The notes beneath the pieces are model-generated. The model saw nothing but the letters and a program-made list of their open reading frames with translations, had not been told where the DNA came from and did no database searches. 64,000 nt of DNA from Takakia lepidozioides (Eukaryota > Plantae > Bryophyta): contig CM060734.1 in the NCBI GenBank assembly GCA_030704615.1, positions 24,676,001 to 24,740,000 of the forward strand, given 5' to 3'. Made by a program: the position numbers and the translations under genes. This document shows, one piece after another, positions 35,020 to 48,300 of this stretch. The stretch's first letter is position 1. Each line of letters starts with the position of its first letter.

Positions 35020-38000
35020 ATACTTGAATGTGGATATGTTCTTTGTGACAATACTCAAGAACTGCCTGATCCCTTTATCTCCAGCCTTGAACATATGGGG
35101 ACATTTGATGGCAAACTAATACATGATATCTTGAGCTATACCATGTAGCAACAGCATAATAGAGTATATGTGTACACCTTCTACATGATCCGGTCAATGT
35201 ACATTGCTCTCTTGGCTGGTCTACTGTAGCCAATGCCTTGTATTAGCATTAGGAAACCTGAAAATGAGAGGCTTGAGGAATTTTTTTTTCTCTCTTTCTT
35301 TCCTTAAATGTTGTTAAGATCTTTATAGACAACATTCAAGAATTGCCTGATCTCGTTATTCCATTCAATTTTTTTTTGTCTAGAACGGAACGTGGAATTG
35401 GATAACTGGGATGACTCACTAGGATGACTCATGAGGGTGACTCATCAGGGTTCACCCTAGAGGTCTTAACCTAAAGCTGCTGCCCTATATGCTTAGTATG
35501 CTTGGCCACTCTTCTCATTTGGAAGAGGAGCAGGCAAGAGCTGAAGGAGCTGACTACACTATGTCTACAAGCAAGGTATCCATTCAGACTCCTTCAACAC
35601 TGTGATGGGCTGCTTAGGATGGCAACACAAAGAGAGTTGACACTATGAGGAACTTACATGGACTTGACTAAGCTCTACTCTGAATCTAGGAATACTTTTG
35701 CAAAACCAAGGGCTTCTATATGTCCCCTTGCTTGAGTACTTGGCTCTAGTGACACCTTCCTTTGGGGAATGGGTGCTTACAGACATGAGACCACCCCCCC
35801 TCCCTCTGGAGCACGGGCTGAAATAGGTGTACTGAGTTCTGTACCTATGTTGAATGGCTGAAAGGACCTCTCTTACCTCTCCTCTCTTGCTAGTATGACC
35901 TGTTGCAGGGATGACATTGATAACAAATGTGAAGGGGTTTAAGCCCGGGGTTCCACAGGGATCACTAACCTGTTGGTTGGTTGGTTGGCTGTGATGGATC
36001 CAGGTGATGCCACTTCACCTTCTTTTGTTGCAGGAAATGCTACTAAGGGCAAGAGACTAAGGAGTGCGGCTTTGAGCTCTCTCAAACCTCAAATCTATTT
36101 GTATGTGTTGCTTATGTACACATACTACTGCTGTTTTTGCTTTGTTTGGTTTGATGGATCTACCTACATGGAAAGGAGTTGCGTTACCTGGTGTGCATTT
36201 GATTACCACTTTGTACACCTAAAAACTGGTTTTCCAGCAAGGATATGTAAAGGGAGGTATGGAGGCAGATCTGGGTAGAGACAGTTTGATGGTGCCTAGA
36301 ATTAGGCTGTATGATGTCGTTAAAAAGAGGCGAACACAGCACATTGTGCTTAGTGTTTCCAGATTCTGGGGTCTTTGATCCAGTTCAAAAAAACAAAGAA
36401 GAACTAGGGACTGCCTAAGTTTAGGCTTAATAGTAGGCTGGATGAAGAACAAATTTTACCAACGGAGCTGATGAAAACTAAGGAAACGTCTAGAAACGAG
36501 GGTTTCCATTACAACCTGGCAACTAGCAAGTCGACACTTTGAAGATGGATGTGCGATATCGAGGAAGGAATCTGAGCACAGACGGCGATTTACTAACTTG
36601 TCTCCTTGCTCCCGCCAAGTGCAATTATACTCTAGCATAGAGTAGAAGTATAAACAGCAGATATCGAGCAATGTGGACTATTTCAGGGAATTGATCCTTA
36701 TAACCCATTCCTCAATTCTGTTGTTCTATGCTATTGCGATTTTGGTGGAGCAACATGTCTCAGATGCAGCTCCCACAAGCTCTCAAGGTGGAGTCTGTAC
36801 ATGCTTTTCTTGTGATGTTTTGAAAGCTTAACTCTAGCATAATGGACATCGATAACATGTGTGGGCACCTGATTTACCTGGGGTTCCACATGAATCACTA
36901 ACCTGTTGGTTTGATGGTTGGTTGTGATGGATCCAGGTAGGGTACATCATTTCTTATGCTGCCAGTTAAGCTGAAGGATTTCAAGAGGCATAGAGTCACA
37001 CACACCATGGAAACAGGGTTGCATGAGACCTGACTCAAGAGCATTTTGCTCCCTTCCTACAGCCATCTTCTTTTGTTTGACTCAGTGCTATTGATGACAT
37101 GAAGGAATTCTGCTAGGTAGAAAACAGATTGCATTTCAGACATTGTTGTTCCAGCAGGTTGGGATTTTATGAGGAATTTTGGAAGTTACTACAAGCTGAC
37201 TATGAGCTCATGTATGAGACTATCCTGAAAGGAAACTGACCTGAGAATAGATGCCAGTAGTGGCAAAGATCTGGCCATACCAAATGGAGTGGAGTGATGA
37301 TCAGATTATGAAGTACTTGAATGACAACAACACACCTCTCTTTTAGACAAAAAGGTGTTCATGCTAGCTAGTGCTTAAAAAAGCCCACCCTGCTTTTTGT
37401 AAGACACTGAAATGTGGAATCTATTGGGTGATCAAATGGCCATTCAGTTCTGTCAGGGTTCTTTCTAAGTACTTCAGCGATGGTGCCTTTGTACAAAGGC
37501 TGTATTGTCTAAACACAAAGGATCAGAGCTGATCCTTTGTATTTCTTTGTCAAAGACAAGACAAGTCTTGTCTCTTTTTTATCTTGGGCATATTATTTCA
37601 GGTGGGATAAAATGATTTTTCCTATGTTTGTCCTGAAATTGACAAGTAGACAGTTGTTGCAAAATTTATTCCCTGGCCTAGGGCCTTGTGGGATTTATTG
37701 CCCATGTGCTGGTTTAAATTTAGGGTTTCAGATCTCTAACCTTGCAATTTAAGTTGCTACCTGAAACTATGACAGTGTCGGGCACACAGCTCACCGAGCT
37801 CTGACTTAAAGAGTTTTTCAACAAGGCTGAGGCTAGCAAGATTTAAGCGCATTATGCTGGTTGAGCTTCCTATGCAGTTATAGGGAAGCTTTGGCTCAGT
37901 TGTTGACACGAACAAGAAGTTACACTTAGCCCTTATCTGTGCTTTGCAATTGCTTCTTGTTACGTGAACGGATACATATTGCGTCACAGACTGGTCTGCC

Positions 38001-39009
38001 TCAAACTTTCAAGGTTTTGGGCAATATCACACCTTTACTATTACTCTTGTAATCTTTCATTTGCTTAGAAATGCATGTTGGACAGCGATAGCAAGCGTGA
38101 AGACCTGCTACTCACCTCGCACATCCTCACTAATACGCATTCTGTTGGATGTGGTGGTTTTTGGGACGGGCGCAACTGAGGGTCCTTCACTTTTCATGGA
38201 TCATTTCTAAGCTGTATGTGTAAATTTTGCTACAGAGTACACTAGATAGGTGATGGAAATCACCTATCGTATGAGGCAGCCACTACCTAAAAAGTACGGC
38301 ACAACGTTTGACGCCAGCCTTAGGTTTCCCTAAGGGAAGTATTTTATGGAAGTAATCTACCCTTGGGATCTGTTACCAGAAGGCTCTGAAGACCTGTCTT
38401 GACTTGGATCAATCTCAGTCTACAGTGGTTTCATTCTGAATTCTGTGTGTGCTTTGTTTCAAAACATAGAAGTACACCCCTTTTGGGCTATGATGGAGCA
38501 TCTTTGGTAAAGAAATACCCATACCAATCCATGAACATTGGCACTGAGGAGGAACCCAATGACATAATTATTTCTACAGAGATCCTTACAGATGAATTGT
38601 CTATGTGGAAGGAGTTCTTCAAGCGCAATCGCACAACCTTTGCTTGGAATTATACGGATCTCCGTGGGGTACCACCAGAGATTTGTCAACATCGTATTGT
38701 CCTAGAAGAGGGGGCAATTCCGGTATGACAACGCCAACATCGATTGAATCCTAAATACTCTTTATTGGTGAAGGAAGAGTTGGATAAATTGTTGGCAGCT
38801 GATTTTCCATACAGCGATTGGGTATCGCCAATAGTGGTTGTTCCCAAGAAGCAATCGGGCAAGGTGTGAGTTTGCCAGGACTTTCGAAAACTTAATACAG
38901 TTACTAAGAAAGACTATTTTCCATTACCTTTCACCGATACTATCCTTGATGCAGTCGCTGGCCATGAATGCTATTCTTTTCTTGATGGATTCTCAGGTTA
39001 TAACCAGAT

Positions 39010-39597
39010 GGGATTTTCTATTCTATCAGCTATCAGCCATCAGTCATCAGCCATCAATGTCACATGTGACGTGGATGTGGAAACGGCAGCCACGTGGCAA
39101 TATATAATTTTTTTTCGGGCTGCCCAAAATTGTATGCTTGTATTTGAGAGAAACATTAATGAAACATAACACGGGATTGTATTGACATGCCACCTTTGGC
39201 TGACGAAGGTGGAGCTGAGTGGGAGAACATAAATGTAAAAACGCAATAAATGGATGTCGAAAAAAAAAAAAACAACAACAACAACATGAGGTATGGACTT
39301 CTAGCGTGGAAGAATTCTGCATGTTTTTGAGCCATTTTAATCTCTAGCTTGGATTATCGTATGCTACGGAAATGTCCAGGGATGCTGGTGAAAAATATAT
39401 ATATTTGTTGGACCTAAGTTGAACGAAGGTGGCTCTTCTGTCATTGTATAAGGTACTTTTTGCTTTTTGGAATGTGATCTTGTATTCAATTTCAAACTCT
39501 AAAATTTATTTTGGGCAGATTGAAATGTTCTTGTTCACCTTCGTTGACCTTCGTCACTGATGGAATTGCGTTGGTAATTGACAGAATAGGAGCTCTC
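39010..39597. mobile_element. Non-autonomous Mutator-type element (588 bp)
   Basis: Perfect 9-bp TSD TAACCAGAT (39001-39009, 39598-39606) inside the RT coding sequence; degenerate TIRs GGGATTTTCTATTCTATCA / TGACAGAATAGGAGCTCTC. Confidence 0.88.
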
Positions 39598-39674
39598 TAA
39601 CCAGATCACGATTGCCGAGGAAGACCGCGCTAAGACCACCTTTACCACATCGTTTCAAGACTATTTGCGATTGT

Positions 39675-40663
39675 TGTCGAGCGGCTTTTACTCACCCATC
39701 CCTTCGCTATCCGAGGTGGGAACTCCAAGATAGAAGAGTTGGAAATCTCTAAGCACTCAGCCCGCTCAAAACAATCAGTCATGACCTACAGCTAGTGTAT
39801 CATGGGGGTGTTTCCTATTTGTACTCCTTCTCACATTCATGTTAGCGAGTTACCTTACTATCTGCAATTAAATATCAGTTTGCTTCAGAAATCTATCAAG
39901 TTCCATCCATTCATTCCACAGCTTCACTCAGGTCTCTCTACACAGTGTGAGTATGAAGTATGTATCAGATTAATATCTATCAAGTATCAGGCTGAAGCCA
40001 TGGTGTCTCTAATCTACTTGGCATTACAATTCTACAGCTTGCATTCATCAAGTAACAATAGATCGTCACTTCCCTTACTCAGAATGTACTCTCCCTTCTA
40101 TTTCCCCAAGCCCTGATGTCCGAAATCCCCTCCCGTGAAGTGATGTCTCGACGTCCCCGCTCTTCGCTTTTTCTACCTACAAGCTGTTCTAACCGCTTTC
40201 CTAACTAACCGTCATCCATGTAGTACACGTTCCTTTTTCAGATGTCGTTCCCCCACCGTCGTTCCCTGCCAATGATAACTATTCCCTAGCTGTGCCGAGC
40301 TGTGACTGGCTGTATCAGGCTGTGGCGGGCTGTAACTGGCTATGTCGGGCTGTGTAGGGTTGTGCGAAGCTGTGGCGGCTGTATCGGGCTGTGACTGGCT
40401 GTGTTGGGCTGTGTCGACTGTGCGAAGCTGTGACGGCTGTGTCTGACTGTGTCGGTTGTGTCGGACTGTGACGGGCTGTGACGGGTTGTGTTGGACTGTG
40501 ACGGGCTGTGACGGCTGTGTCGGGCTGTGATGGACTGTGTCGGGCTGTGTATCTTCCCCCTAAAGCCTGTTGCTGTCACCCCTAAGGCTCATGTTCTGTG
40601 TAAAAATTAAGGGTACCCCACAGATCCCGTAAAAGCGTCTAAGTCCCAAGCAGCCCTCTAACA
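39675..40663 (-). repeat. 3' LTR (989 bp)
   Basis: TGTCGAGCGG...CCTCTAACA, matches 52015-52994. Confidence 0.96.
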
Positions 40664-40681
40664 TTTACCCCTCCCCCTCTC
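40664..40681 (-). other. Polypurine tract
   Basis: Minus strand GAGAGGGGGAGGGGTAAA directly before the 3' LTR. Confidence 0.9.
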
Positions 40682-40702
40682 AAAAAGCCGTGTCCTCACG
40701 GT

Positions 40703-43700
40703 TTACTGTTTGGGATTAGCAAACCTTTGTGAGCGAGCACCCTTGTGACGTTGAGAGTCTCGTGAAGGACTTCGTGTGTGAGCCCGTGTCCTGTCATTGG
40801 TTGAGGGAGATGATTGAGCACTACCTGGAAATGTCAGTCCTTCCTTTGGCTGATATCGAGGTAATCTTTCAGGCATAGGAGACCCCTGTCGCTTCTTCTC
40901 TGCCATCTGAATTGCATAGTCCTCTGCCATGTCAAAAGAGTCCGCTGAAGAAACAATAGTATTAGAATCCTCGTCCCCCCTGAGGTGTTTTAACGGTCAA
41001 ACTCTAACTGGAATTCTCTGGGGCATACAATGTTGTCCCACCATGTCTGGAAGTTTAAACTGCAAAACTTGCTGTAAGCGCTGAATGGCAAAATTGGTGA
41101 AGACCCTGAGCTCCTTGTCTGTCCAGGTGAGTGGGGTACCAATAACTTGTGAATTGTGCAAGTTTTTCCATGCCTCATGGCCCTTAAAGAAAATATCGTC
41201 AGGCCCGAATTTCTGTGTTGACAAATTGTTCCAGGCCGCATGAAACCATGAACGAATTTGAGAATCCTTTTGCATCATAACTTTTGCCTCATATAGGTAC
41301 ATATGAGGTGGCACTACAGGTAAGATCCAATGATCCCCACTGGAATAACTCAGAAAGCGCGATTGCATCTTCTGCTGCTCAATGTGATAACGTGCCAGAA
41401 AACAAGCAGCGTAGTATAACCCACAGCCCATGACAATACTTGCTACTTCCTTGACCTTGGTATAAATGAATCCATGTACAACTTGGAAGGCAATTAATTC
41501 CTTCAACATGGTACTTGCCTCATGCCAGTACCTCGCAAAATGATGATCCTCTGTTGGTCGATTGTTTGGAAGAACCCTAGTCCTAGTTGCCACTGGCAGC
41601 CAAATGCGCATGATCTGATAGTAATGTGCCAACGACTGCGGAGGACTAAATTCCTTCCAAGCCAAATCCAACACAATGGGAATTTGGTTGAAGGGCATAA
41701 TCATAGCCCGACTGTACTCCCATGCAGCAGGAGTTTTAGGTGGGTTAAAAGCAGCATCCCCCCATACCTCAGGCTGTGGCGGCTGTGGTGTGGCTGTAGT
41801 AACAACAGGGTCAGCTACTGTCACAGTCACTTGTTGTGGTATTGGTATCACTGGCTCTTGTACCACTGGCATCTCCTGCGAAGAAGACTGAAAAGCTAAA
41901 GTTCTGGCTTGTAAATATGAAGCCATCAGCTGCTCCTCAGGTATAAAGACTCTTTTGTCAATATTTGATGTCAGGTCCTCCACCTGAGTCTGCAGGCCAT
42001 CTACATCCTCTTGTAGCTCCGCTATCCTACTATAGACATTGTCTATAGTAGTTGTGGCAATGTTCTGCACTTGCAGCCTGAGTTCATTCATCTCGCCTTG
42101 GGTGAGCTTCCGTGGTGCTTTGCCTTCCACCGGTCCTTGTGCTAACCAGACCTGCAGATGGTGGTTATCCACCAAGTTGGTTGTGGTACCTCTGAGAGTC
42201 TGCTCCTCTCTGAGTTTGTACATATCTAACTGTTGTTGTAAAGCCTTCATGCGCTTCGCATGAGGTTCAACCAAACTCGCATAGGCAGCAAGCAAATTAT
42301 TGGCTTCCTTCCAAGCCTTGTTAGTGACAGAGAGTTCATTTCTATTGGCCATGACCGTTTGTTGCAATTCCAGATTGTACCTCTCTTGGTCAGCTTCAAC
42401 CTGCCTGTATTGCTTGAAAGTATTCTCATTGCGACACATTGTATTCTTCATATCAATAATGAGTTTTGTCTGCTCGAGATTATCTGCCTGTGCCTTTATA
42501 CATCTTTCCGCTTGGCTGTTAACTTCTAATGTAGTTTGTTCAAGCGTAGTTGTGAGTGTAGCACATTGTATGGCCATCCTGTCATGCACTGTCTGCAACT
42601 CCGTATGTAGTGCATTCACTTCTTGCAAGTTGTTCTCATGCTTCACCTGCATTTGGTATAGCTGTTGCTTATGTGCTTCATGCAACTAGTCCTGCGCGAG
42701 GCCTGCTTCAATCAAATGTTCCTTGGCCAATTGCAAAGCAGCCGTTGTATCCTCTAACTCTTGCTATAATTTGAGAGTGACCTCCTCATCGACCTTGTTT
42801 GCACATTCAGTGGCAAGTCGAGCCTCAAACTCCTTCCTGAGTTCCTCCCTCAAAGCTGCCAATTGGGTAGATGGAACATGGGATTTCACATAAGTGCCCA
42901 ACAAATTAAGTGTCCTGCTTATGGAACTCATAAGCATGGCCTGTTGAGGGTCATCATGGTGAGATTGCTGTTGTTCTCCCTGATCCTCAACAGTGTGATG
43001 CCTCACAAACCATTCAGGCCATTGCCCCACCAGATTTTCTTCCTGAACCACCTCATCCGCTACAGGTGCTACAGTGTCTTGACATTCTACCTGTGGTACC
43101 TCTGTCAGAGGTGTGGGTATTACAACAACAGCAGGGTTTCCCCTGGACAACCGCTGCACCTCCGGAATCACTGTTTCCCTAATCAAACCAGAATTTTCAT
43201 AGAGAAGGTCCCCCTTCTCAATTTCTACCACCACCTGTTCTGTAGTGGGGATATCTAACCCTTCTTTCTCCAAATCAATTATTTGTGGTGGAACTGCATG
43301 GACAACTTGTGGTAACTCTGTGACAAGCCGATCATCTGGCTGTGACGGCTGTGATACTGAAGTAACCTCCTGTTCTCTCTCCACAGGTTGCGTTGTTTGT
43401 ACCCACATCTCTCTGTGCTGATGTGCCCCCTCTTGCACAGGAGTATGAGTAACTTCTTCCTCTAGCTGTCTTGTAGTCAATGGTTCTGCCTCTTAGGCTG
43501 TTGATGCTCTGCCAATCCCCCTTCACCCTGTGAAGAACCTTGCTCTTCTATGGCAGTGGTTGCTGTCTCAAACACTCCCATCTCCTTCCTTTCTCTCGCA
43601 TCAAGTATGCACGAGTCTAGAATAATTTGTGCAATGATTGGCCCAGACACTATGATAGTAGACTTTGCGGCAGTGCCTTGTAATCTCTTCATCTCCTCTA

Positions 43701-44442
43701 CCAGTCTGTTGTACATTATGTCTGCCCATGCTATCTCTTCTCCTCTTAGGGCTTTGAGTATTTCCTCTGTAAAGGATCTGCTCAAATACTGTTGGTTCTG
43801 TTTCATGGCAAACAGAACGTTCAATACCTGGCCTACCTCCCTTAGCCCTGGGTACACGGCCTTGGTACAAGCATAACCCTGAGTTTTAAAGAAACTCCCT
43901 TCTTGGAATAAGTCCCCTATTTGCAGTCTTGGCCTGTGCTCCTCCACATGCATCTGACCTGATGACAATTCAAACAATTGTTGTAGGTATAGGGGAATAA
44001 CTTCTAATTCAACTCCCTTCACCATTGTTGCTCCTGTCCTAGGCTCAAAGTTCTGCAAGAATTGTAACATGTACTGCCTATGGTGCAATGTCCAATCTTT
44101 GCTTTGCAATCCTTCTAATCGCAGCTCCTTCAGTAACTGTACCGTCTGTGGAGTAGCAATCGTTTGTTTCTGCAGGATTGTGGTGCTCTTCACCCTGATT
44201 TCTTCCATTTCTCTCACTCTCTTCATTCTAGACCCACAGAAAGGTTTTGGCTGTAATAATTGAAGAAATGCCTGCAGGGCACAAAGCATAAACGTATGGT
44301 TGCCACAAAATGCTATGGGTAATTTCTTGTAAGCCTGCGGGGCTTGCAAGCATCGATTAAGAGAAAAGATACTCTCTATTCTTCTATCCCCGTGCCACTG
44401 CGTACGTAGTATCGCGAGCATATAGTCTGTTAGTTCATCCAT
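40703..44442 (-). pseudogene. Large extra ORF 3' of pol (originally probably one ORF of over 1000 aa, with a coiled coil)
   Basis: ORFs 42764-43480 and 40997-42685 are in the same frame, separated only by two TAG codons. ORF 43477-44442 joins by a single frameshift. Long Q/E/L-rich heptad region. Confidence 0.75.
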
Positions 44443-44929
44443 AGCTTCAAAGCTATAGCATTGATGGTCTGTCCCGTCGAGACGCCCGTTATTTGGAACG
44501 ACGCCGACTCTTGCGCTTAAAATCCCTCCAATTTCTTGATCCTGCTTCTGGCTTATGATTGGCTATAACTGCTGTGACTGGATTTTAGATTTAATTTCCT
44601 TCCATGGATTTTCCACTCTGGACTGTCCACTAGGATAGCACATGTGACATGGATTTCGCTTTTCGGTACTTTTAAAGGGTTCCGTTACCCTTTCCATGTA
44701 TGCATTAATGGGCCCATAATAAGTTAATATGCCGTGTAGGTACTTTGACGGCCAATTCTGTCTTTTTCCTTGATGACAGTCGCTCTTGCAATCCATGTCC
44801 GGCTGTGTGTCTCGCCCTGGCGTCCACGTGTCCATTTCTAAACGTGCCTCCGTCCACTTTTCTGCCGGCCACTCTCCGGTTGTTAATTCACGTCCACCTG
44901 TCGCTGATCCTATGGATTGTGTAACCCCA

Positions 44930-45205
44930 GTAAGCTGTGTTGAGCTGTGACAGGCTGTGTCATACTGTGGTACGCTGTGATAGGCTGTGTTGCACTGTGG
45001 TAAGCTGTGATAGGCTGTGACACGCTGTGGTAGGTTGTGATAGGCTGTGTGACATTGTGATGGGCTGTGATAGGTTGTGTCGCGTCGTGATGGGCTGTGA
45101 TAGGCTGTGCCGCACTGTAATGGGCTGTGATAGGCTGTGTCGCGCCGTGATGGGCTGTGATAGGCGGTGTCGCGCCGTGATGGGCTGTGATAGGCTGTGC
45201 CACAC
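44930..45205. repeat. 30-bp (3 x 10-bp) GGCTGTG tandem repeat between pol and the extra ORF
   Basis: tgggctgtga taggctgtgt cgcgccgtga repeated ca. 8-9 times. Confidence 0.92.
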
Positions 45206-45339
45206 TTGTACTGCCCGCCCAGGTCATATACGCTCGGCCTAGCGACAAGTGCTCCATACTCCGTTGGTATCACTGGCGCAGCCCGTGACTGCTTCTGCAT
45301 TTCAACATGCAAATCATGCTGCAATGGTTTGTCATGGAT

Positions 45340-48300
45340 ACCACTGTACCCCTTCAACTTATTGGCATTGACTCTTCCCAGCATCTCTTTGTTAATGGTT
45401 TGTAACATGGCGGTGTTGCTATCATACATTTTCTGTATGACATAAGGTCATTTCCATGGTGATTTAAGTTTAGAAGCTTTAATCTTTCCCTTCTTCTGCA
45501 ACCAGAGAACCAAATCTCCCGTCTTAAAAGTCTTTAACTTGCCTTCATCAAACTGTTCCTTTCTCTTCATCTGAATTCTGGTCATGTTATCAGCTGCATC
45601 AACACGTATTTCTTCCACATGGTATAATTCATATTTCCTGACCTTAATTGAATCTTGCAATTCCATTCTCTTTCCCCATTCCGTTCTCATGGTAGGTAAC
45701 AGGAATTCCACTGGAAGTAAAGCTTCCATACCATAAACTAATTGGAATGGTGTATACTTAGTGGTGACTTTATATGAAGTCCTGTATGACCACAAAGCTG
45801 TCAGCAGCTTTGTATCCCAATCCGTTCTGTTTGCATTGACTATCTTAGCCAAGATAGTACATAGTATTTTGTTGGTAGCCTCTGCCTGCCCATTACCCTG
45901 TGGGTAATACGTTGTACTCTTCCTATGCACAATCATGAACTCTTTAGTCAATAGTTCAATGGTCTCATTAATGAAGTGACTTCCCTGATCACTGATAAAT
46001 TCCAAGGGACAGCCAAATCGTGTAAGTATGTTCTCATACAGGAACCTTGCTGTGGACTTGGCTGTGTAGTCCCTCAAAGGTTTAGCTTCCACCCACTTCG
46101 TAGTATAATCAGTGGCTGTAATTATGTACCTGTTCTGTGTATTCTTGGCTGGTGGGTTAATTGGTCCAACAAAGTCTAGTCCCCATTTCTGAAATGGTTC
46201 CGTAGGCATTGTAGGATGCAAAGCCATCTTCCCAGATCTCTGCAAAGGTCCTAGCCTCTGACATTCATCACAAGTTTTACAATACTTGTGTACATCTTTG
46301 AACAAAGTAGGCCACCAGTAACCGGCATGTAGTATCTTCCTACTGGTAGTCTCTTCTCCAAAATGACCTCCTGCCACTCCTTTATGAACTTCCTCCAAAA
46401 CTTTATTAACTTCATGGTGGTATAAGCATCGCTTCAGCACTCCATCTGGTCCTAGCTTATACATTCTGCTCCCTACCATAGTGTAAGGTAGAGCCTTGAT
46501 AGCAATTCTCTTTCTCTGCTCCTTTCCATAACTTGGTGGGCACTGACCATGAGCAAGGTAGTATATGATTGGCCACTGCCAATCTAACCAGTCATCTGCA
46601 CTTCCCTGCACCTCCACTGCAAATAGACTCGCATCTGGTAATTGATCATCTACTCCCGTAGCTGGTTCTCCTGTTGATAACCGTGACAAGTGATCCGCCA
46701 CAAGATGCAGCCTCCCAGGCTTGTAAACAACCTCGAACTCAAACTCGTGCAAGATTATCAACCATCTTGCTATTCTTCCGCTTATCAGAGGTTTGTTTAC
46801 CAGGTATATCAGAGCCTGGTGATCCACATAGAACATAAACTTCTTGCCCAACAGGTAATGCCTGAATTTCTTCACTGCATAGATCATTGCCAATGCTTCT
46901 CTTTCCGTTGTGCTATAATTTCTTTCGGCATTGTTCATCAATCGGCTAGCATAGTACACAGGTGAATCTATCCTTCCTGTAACATTTTGGGCTAACACTG
47001 CTCCCAGTGCTTCTCCTGAAGCATCACAGTGAACATGAAATATTTCCTGCCAGTGAGGATTAATCAGCACAGGTGTAGTTGTTACTGACAATGTAAGTTC
47101 CTCAAAAGCCTGTTGACATTCAGGTGTCCATGCAAACACTGTATCTTTCTTCAGAAGTTTGCTCAATGGTGCTGCTATCTGTGCATACCGTCTGACAAAT
47201 CTTCTGTAAAAGCTGGTTTGTCCCAGGAATCTCCTTAGACTCTTAGCATTTACTGGGGGTGGAGAGGCTTTAATGGCCTCTGTCTTTCTGGGATCCACAA
47301 GAAGTCCCTTCTTGCACACAATGTGTCCCAACAGCACCCCAGAGTTCACACAGAAAGTACACTTCTCTGGATTCAAGGGAGAGAACCCCAACGTTCATGC
47401 AGACGCTCTTGGAGTCATGCAGCCACCATTCTGCAAGGGTGGTCGACCTCTCATTCTGCATCTGGCCAGACATAACTCCAACTTATGCAAGTGCTCATTC
47501 TTAGAGCTGTACACACTGAAATCATCCAAGAATACCTGCATGAAATCATCCAGATACTTATGAAAAGATTCACTTATCACTCTCTGAAAGGTTGCTGGTG
47601 CATTACAAAGTCCAAATGGCATGACTTTGTATGCATAAGCACCCCAGTCTGTGATGAAAGCTGTCTTTCCTTGGTCTTCTTCTGCCACTTGCACTTGATT
47701 ATAACCACTGAAGCCATCCATGAATGAGTACATCTCATGGCCTGCCACAGTGTCCAATACTGCTTCTGTGAATGGTAAAGGAAAATGATCCTTCTTCGTA
47801 CAAGCATTCAGCTTCTTGTAGTTCACACAAACTCTGAGTTTCCCATTCTTCTTAGGAACTATCACAATGGGTAACAACCAAGTCGTATACTCTATCGGGT
47901 ATATAAACTTAGCCTCAGCCAACTTCTTGATCTCTTCTCCAACCTTCTGTGCATAGTTGGGATTCATTCTGTACCTTGCCTGCTTGATTGGTACTGACCC
48001 TGGTTCCAGTTCAATCTTATGCTGACAGATTTCAGGTGGTATCCCTTTTAGATCCTCGTAGCTCCAAACAAATACATCTCTGTATTTGATGAACAAACTC
48101 TTAGCTTCTTCAAAGAATTCTGGCTCCAAATCAGCTCATACCTTCACCATCCTCGGTTCCTCTTCAGTTCCCATATTCACTTCCCTCACTTGCTTATCAG
48201 CTGTGATTGTCCAACCAGTCACTACTTCATCTTGTAAACTCACAATGGCTGGTTCCTCTAGGATTTCCATTTCTCCTTCTCTTTCTTCATAGAAATGTGA

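Noticed and set aside
39802-40116. ORFs within the LTRs (also 52142-52549)
   Set aside because: Antisense to the element, no recognisable motif, and their frames differ between the two LTR copies.
44563-45429. Separate 288-aa gene
   Set aside because: Its start is the integrase C-terminus after a premature TGA in the GPY motif; the rest reads through the 30-bp repeat.
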